Below are positions 36,962 through 41,417 of a stretch of DNA of 41,417 bases, piece by piece (positions within the stretch are counted from its first letter, which is position 1; every line of letters starts with the position of its first letter). Location: positions 1 through 41,417 of the forward strand of contig LBOT01000001.1 of the NCBI GenBank assembly GCA_000989675.1, given 5' to 3'. Source of the stretch: a candidate division WS6 bacterium GW2011_GWE2_33_157. GTDB lineage: Bacteria > Patescibacteriota > Dojkabacteria > SC72. Both the position numbers and the translations under genes were made by a program. The notes beneath the pieces were generated by a model. That model was not told the origin of the DNA and ran no database searches. It worked only from the letters and a program-made list of their open reading frames with translations.

Positions 36962-38060
36962 TTATAGAACCCATTAGTTGATAAATTGGCATTAGTATGG
37001 TCACTCCAAGTACTCCAATTATTGCTCCTACTAAGATGAGGAGTAGGGGCTCAACAAAGGTTACTATATTATTACTCATTTCTGTTACTTCATCGGAGTA
37101 ATATTCATGTAAGTACATAAGGTTTTCTTCTAGGGTCCCACTAACTTCTCCAACATCAATCATCTTCACAAAAGATTTGTTGAAATATTTCGGATACTCT
37201 GCCAGTGATAGGGAGAGGTCTTTTCCATCCTGAACACTTTCATATACAAGGTTAAGGGTTTTTGCATATATGAAATTACTCATTGTAGTAGACGTTATTT
37301 GTAATGCTTTTGATATAGGAATACCGCTAGCTAGTAGTACACTTAACGTTCTTGAGAAAGAGGACAGAATATTACTAGTAAAGAGTTTCTTTAATATTGG
37401 GAAATTCAATGCTAACCATCCTTTAAACATATAACCTGTTTTTGTTTTAAGAAATATTGAAATAGCAATAACTATGGAAAGAATTATGGCAAGTACTGTT
37501 ATCCAGTTTGTTCTAATAGCTAATGCCGTATTCATAATAAACATCGTTAGTGGAGGGATATTCGGGAAGGATGAAAATAGCGATTCCATCTTTGGTAATA
37601 TGATAAAGATCATTCCAATGAACTCAACCATTGTTAAAGACATGATTATTGTTGGGTATATAATGGCCCCTTTCATTTTCTTACTTAATTCCCATTCTTT
37701 CTTTATTGACTCCGCAATAAAGAGTAAGTTGTCTTCCAAAGATCCTCCTTTTTCTCCTGCCTCAACAACAGAGGAGAGTGTTCCAGGAAAAACTTTAGGG
37801 AAAAGTGTCATAGCTTCAGCCATGGTAGATCCTTTTTCTATTTCTTCTGAAATATATTTGAATATCTTATTTAGATTAGGATCACTAGATTGTTCTGAGA
37901 TTGTTTTTACTGTATCCGAGAGTGGGATACTAGCTTTTAGTAACGCTGCTAACGATTTAATAGCTATTAATAAATTTGAAGTTGAAACATGTAGCCTTTG
38001 AAGTTTTTTTAACTCTTTTAATCTCTGTTCATCTAATGTGTCTATATTTGTTTTTTTCAT
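36954..38060 (-). CDS. pilC: Type IV pilus platform protein PilC/GspF
   Basis: LAALLKASIPL, EAGEKGGSL, GAIIYP, LLASGIP, VGEVSGTL and VEPLL. Confidence 0.95.
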   Translation of the reverse strand: MKKTNIDTLDEQRLKELKKLQRLHVSTSNLLIAIKSLAALLKASIPLSDTVKTISEQSSDPNLNKIFKYISEEIEKGSTMAEAMTLFPKVFPGTLSSVVEAGEKGGSLEDNLLFIAESIKKEWELSKKMKGAIIYPTIIMSLTMVEFIGMIFIILPKMESLFSSFPNIPPLTMFIMNTALAIRTNWITVLAIILSIVIAISIFLKTKTGYMFKGWLALNFPILKKLFTSNILSSFSRTLSVLLASGIPISKALQITSTTMSNFIYAKTLNLVYESVQDGKDLSLSLAEYPKYFNKSFVKMIDVGEVSGTLEENLMYLHEYYSDEVTEMSNNIVTFVEPLLLILVGAIIGVLGVTILMPIYQLMGSING

Positions 38061-39508
38061 TCCTTAATCGATATTACTTTCATTAATTCTTTTATATCAA
38101 TGTCTCCCTTTTTAAGTTTCTTGATGCCATCATCTATCATTAATTTGAATCCATTCTTTTTTGCAACAGCCATTATATTGTCTGAATTTGGTTTTTGGAT
38201 AATTACATCCCTTAAGTCTTTCCCCATTGTAAGTATTTCATATATACCAATTCTTCCAGAGTAGCCAGTATTGTTACACTTTTGGCAGCCTACAGCTTTA
38301 AAGAGTTTGTCTGTTGGATTTATATGTTTTTGAATATCGGGCCTTAGTTTTATAATCTCTTTGTGAGCTTCGTCTTTGCCAGCCGTATACTCCTTTTTAC
38401 AATCAGGACAGAGTCTTCTAGACAACCTTTGAGTAACGACAATATTAAGAGTTGATGCAATTAGGAATGGCTCGATACCCATATCTATTAATCTTGGAAT
38501 CGTACTGATTGCATCATTCGCGTGTACGGTTGAGAGCACTAAGTGGCCAGTTAAAGCAGAATTTACAGTAATCCTAGCTGTCTCTGTATCTCTTATTTCT
38601 CCAACCATTATTATATTAGGATCTTGCCTAAGTATTGATCTAAGACCGTTTGCAAATGTTAAATCTCCCTTGGTATTAATTTGTATATGATTTACACCCT
38701 GAATACTGTACTCAACAGGATCCTCTATCGTTGTGATATTCACATCTCGTGTATTTAATATTTTTAGTAAGGAGTAGAGTGTTGTAGTTTTTCCACTTCC
38801 TGTTGGTCCAGTTACTAAGATTAGACCGTAAGGTTGTCTGTACGCTTTTTCTAATTTGACCAAATCTTCTTCCTCAAATCCTAAATCTGTTAAAGCATAT
38901 GACCTATTTGCTTGTGAGAGTAGTCTGATTACGACTTTTTCTCCATGTGTTACTGGTAGTATGGAGATTCTGGCATCTACATTGTAAGTTTCTTTTGCCT
39001 TACTTTCTTCTTTTGAGAACTTACTAAATATTCCTGCAACCAAACTCTCTTTCTTTTCTTCTCCTTCTTTATTCTTCTCTTCCTTTTTTTCTTTCTCTTT
39101 TTTCTCCTCTTCTTTAACCTCTTTTTCTTCTGGTTTAGTATCTTCCTTTTCGTTTTCTTTAATGTCCTCCACCTTTACTTCTTCTACCTTTGGACCATCA
39201 ATATCCTCTTTCTTTACCGTAAAGAGGATTTTTCCATCTTGTGGAGCGAAGTGAATATCTGTTCTGAGTTTAGATCTAACTTTGATGATAAAGAGAAGGC
39301 TCTCTTTTAAATCTTTACTGATTGGAATGATATCTCTTAATACGCCGTCAATTCTATATCTAATTAAGAGAATATCATCTTCCTTAGATTCTATATGGAT
39401 ATCGGAAGCCTTTGCTTTTAATGCATCAAAAACAAGAGCATCTAAAAAATCAGATACATTTATCTTTTTTTTAATTACATCATCTGTTAACTTTAAAAGT
39501 TCGACCAT
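38057..39508 (-). CDS. pilB: Type IV pilus assembly ATPase PilB/GspE with Lys/Glu-rich insertion
   Basis: ASDIHIE, RYRIDGVL, GPTGSGKTTT, TIEDPVEY, LRQDPNIIMVGEIRD, TGHLVLST and CPDC/CQKC. Confidence 0.96.
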   Translation of the reverse strand: MVELLKLTDDVIKKKINVSDFLDALVFDALKAKASDIHIESKEDDILLIRYRIDGVLRDIIPISKDLKESLLFIIKVRSKLRTDIHFAPQDGKILFTVKKEDIDGPKVEEVKVEDIKENEKEDTKPEEKEVKEEEKKEKEKKEEKNKEGEEKKESLVAGIFSKFSKEESKAKETYNVDARISILPVTHGEKVVIRLLSQANRSYALTDLGFEEEDLVKLEKAYRQPYGLILVTGPTGSGKTTTLYSLLKILNTRDVNITTIEDPVEYSIQGVNHIQINTKGDLTFANGLRSILRQDPNIIMVGEIRDTETARITVNSALTGHLVLSTVHANDAISTIPRLIDMGIEPFLIASTLNIVVTQRLSRRLCPDCKKEYTAGKDEAHKEIIKLRPDIQKHINPTDKLFKAVGCQKCNNTGYSGRIGIYEILTMGKDLRDVIIQKPNSDNIMAVAKKNGFKLMIDDGIKKLKKGDIDIKELMKVISIKE

Positions 39509-39564
39509 GGCAGTTTAGATAGCAAAACACTATCCGATATTCATATATATTTACAGAGTTTCTT

Positions 39565-39996
39565 TTATCTCTTTACACTAATAACTTTCCCATCCTCTGC
39601 ATGTGGGGCACTAACTTCTATTCTTCCCGAGGTTCCAGTTATACAAATGGTATACCCAGTATCAGTGCCAGATGCTTCTGAAGGATCTTTTGGAATCTCT
39701 ACTATATATTCATCGACTAGTGTTGTTTCGAATACAGTTCCTGTTACAACAGGTGTTGGTGTAGCACAATCTGCAATTGCACCTAGGTCAGAAATGGTAT
39801 GACCCTCTTCAGATGTATACTGTGTTACTGCATTAAGAATCTGCAGAACGTCTGCACTTCTTTGTGCGTTTCGAGTATCTCTAAAATTCTTTGCAGGGTT
39901 AATTGCAACGATTGTAATTGTAGTTAGGATTATAATTAAAGCTACAACTACTAGGATTTCAATAAGTGAAAATCCTTCATATTTTCTTCTTTGCAT
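39565..39996 (-). CDS. Probable major type IV pilin
   Basis: EG|FSLIEILVVVALI...INP...RNAQRSADV; IPKDP. Confidence 0.9.
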   Translation of the reverse strand: MQRRKYEGFSLIEILVVVALIIILTTITIVAINPAKNFRDTRNAQRSADVLQILNAVTQYTSEEGHTISDLGAIADCATPTPVVTGTVFETTLVDEYIVEIPKDPSEASGTDTGYTICITGTSGRIEVSAPHAEDGKVISVKR

Positions 39997-40065
39997 TGAG
40001 AAAAATATTAAATTTATATATATCTAAAATATACAGTTGTATATTTTTAGTGTCAATAAAAAAGG

Positions 40066-40852
40066 CTAATTTACTAGTGTCATACTCTCTAATATTTCGT
40101 CTACAATTAGCAAATCTGCTTCTGTTGCCTCATCTGTTGCACCGTAGTCGTATCCACTCGCAGCAGGTTCTCCATCTGGAGTAAACTGCAAACCACTTAA
40201 GGATACTAATGATGGAGTACAAGTTGGTTCGAAGTATGCATTTCCAGCTACTGTATCATAGTTATATATCTCCCCAATTCTTCTAAAAGTTTTCCCTAAC
40301 CATTCAAATTGTATATATGTGCTGTTGGTATAATCAGTAACATTAACTTCATCTCCACTTACCTCATTATCTTCTAAAATCTGAGTGTAGTAGGCGGGGT
40401 TCTCATCATCAAATTTTGCATAACTTGGGCACCCTGAAAAGCCTATGCCATATATTGCTTTGAGGTAGAAGATTTCTGTTGTATCTTTGAAAATCTTTAA
40501 CCCTGTTAAACCTGTATAGTCAATACCCTCTGTTAGCATGGTTGTACCTTCTCCATTAAAATACTCTTCCATACTCCAATTTGCTGGTAAGTTTGCATTT
40601 ACAACTTTCTTGTTCTGTAGTTTCTTGAGTGTCGAATAGGCCAACCTTTTCTAAAAGTTTCAGTGAGAATATTGCATAATATGCAAGACCTAAGAACAAG
40701 ACAAAGAGAAATACAAAAAGAATAGCGATGGGGAATTTCTTTTTCTTTGGAGATTCTAAGCTCTCCATTACTGGTGTTGGTAAGGGAGTAACAGGGGCCT
40801 CTTTAACAACCTCTTCCGCAACTGGTGTTAAAGTTTTTGTTGCATCTTCCAT
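40066..40852 (-). pseudogene. Frameshifted membrane-anchored surface protein (ORFs 40556-40852 and 40066-40644 form one gene)
   Basis: The upstream ORF gives a low-complexity N-terminus, TM and QETTEQE. Removing one A at about 40606-08 joins it to VVNANLPANWSMEEY... of the downstream ORF. Confidence 0.65.
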
Positions 40853-40916
40853 CGATATATATTTATTTAAAGATTATATATACAAAGGTACTTTAAGTTA
40901 GGAAAGAATACAAGGC

Positions 40917-41183
40917 TTACTCATCAATTAGGTCTATAGAGGTACTCTCACAAGCTATCTGAGTACACACAGTTTCTCCTGTATGACAAAAACAGGTATT
41001 ACATCCATCTTGAGATTCATAAGTTTCTTTATCAGCATATGCCCAACCATTATATTCACATCTTGGTGGTTCTTTTATACTTGCGATGTTAGATATGTAA
41101 AAAATATAGCTTATTAAACCTAGTACTATTGTTCCTAGTGTAATTGATAGACCATATAGAAAATTGTTTTTCTTTTCATCCAT
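40917..41183 (-). CDS. Membrane-anchored microprotein with pacifastin/VWC-like six-Cys domain
   Basis: TM, then CEYNGWAYADKETYESQDGCNTCFCHTGETVCTQIAC. Confidence 0.8.
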   Translation of the reverse strand: MDEKKNNFLYGLSITLGTIVLGLISYIFYISNIASIKEPPRCEYNGWAYADKETYESQDGCNTCFCHTGETVCTQIACESTSIDLIDE

Positions 41184-41192
41184 AACAATATT

Positions 41193-41417
41193 TTATACTA
41201 TTTTATTTCCAATTAAATATCCTAAGAGGGTAGTTAATGTGGATATCGATGTCCCCCATATTAAATCTATAATGGTTATCTTTAAATTCCATCCTTTAAG
41301 TGTAGCAAGGTTGGTTAAATCGTATGTTGCATATGTAGTTAATCCAAAGAGAGCGGCCATAAGTAGGGTCTTTCCAAAAGCACCTTCTTTTATTCCTGGT
41401 ATTAATATTAGTACAAC
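41193..41417 (-). CDS. DUF2177-family membrane protein (5'-truncated; not in the ORF track)
   Basis: Manual translation: ...AALFGLTTYATYDLTNLATLKGWNLKITIIDLIWGTSIS...KIV*. Confidence 0.8.
   Translation of the reverse strand, partial: VVLILIPGIKEGAFGKTLLMAALFGLTTYATYDLTNLATLKGWNLKITIIDLIWGTSISTLTTLLGYLIGNKIV

Noticed and set aside
811..39518. Numerous antisense/overlapping ORFs in the track (e.g. 6000-6617, 13742-14236, 37474-38001, 20925-21272)
   Set aside because: They are shadows of well-supported genes, with no motifs.
1..41417. Alternative genetic code (TGA recoded)
   Set aside because: Conserved genes are intact under code 11, and TGA terminates genes (597, 34140, 38057).
1..41417. 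CRISPR array, IS element, rRNA or intron
   Set aside because: No regularly spaced repeats, transposase or rRNA sequence were found by eye.

Overview
AT-rich chromosomal window spanning the replication origin of a reduced-genome bacterium. The gene content and style suggest Patescibacteria/CPR, possibly Dojkabacteria-like; this is an inference. Translation uses the standard code 11. Housekeeping content: dnaG 3' end, rsmA, rpoD, metG, valS, rnj, jag-yidC-yidD-rnpA-rpmH, dnaA-oriC-dnaN, a TrmH-family methylase, three tRNAs and tmRNA. Two type IV pilus loci are present (pilN/O-like; pilin-pilB-pilC-minor pilins-prepilin peptidase). Not in the ORF track but readable in the sequence: a Val T-box riboswitch with a very short Stem I upstream of valS; a 43-aa basic small ORF with its own promoter, SD and terminator; a long tmRNA tag; many apparently leaderless promoters; and a DnaA box outside oriC. 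Notable accessory items: an RxxxxH (HEPN-like) orphan beside tmRNA; a WecA-like protein and an epimerase-DUF4012 fusion that both have degenerate catalytic motifs; an FtsA-like plus baseplate-J-like pair; a pseudo-receiver regulator and a kinase-less MASE3-like sensor; and a pacifastin/VWC-like membrane microprotein. All family calls come from motif recognition by eye, with no database searches.
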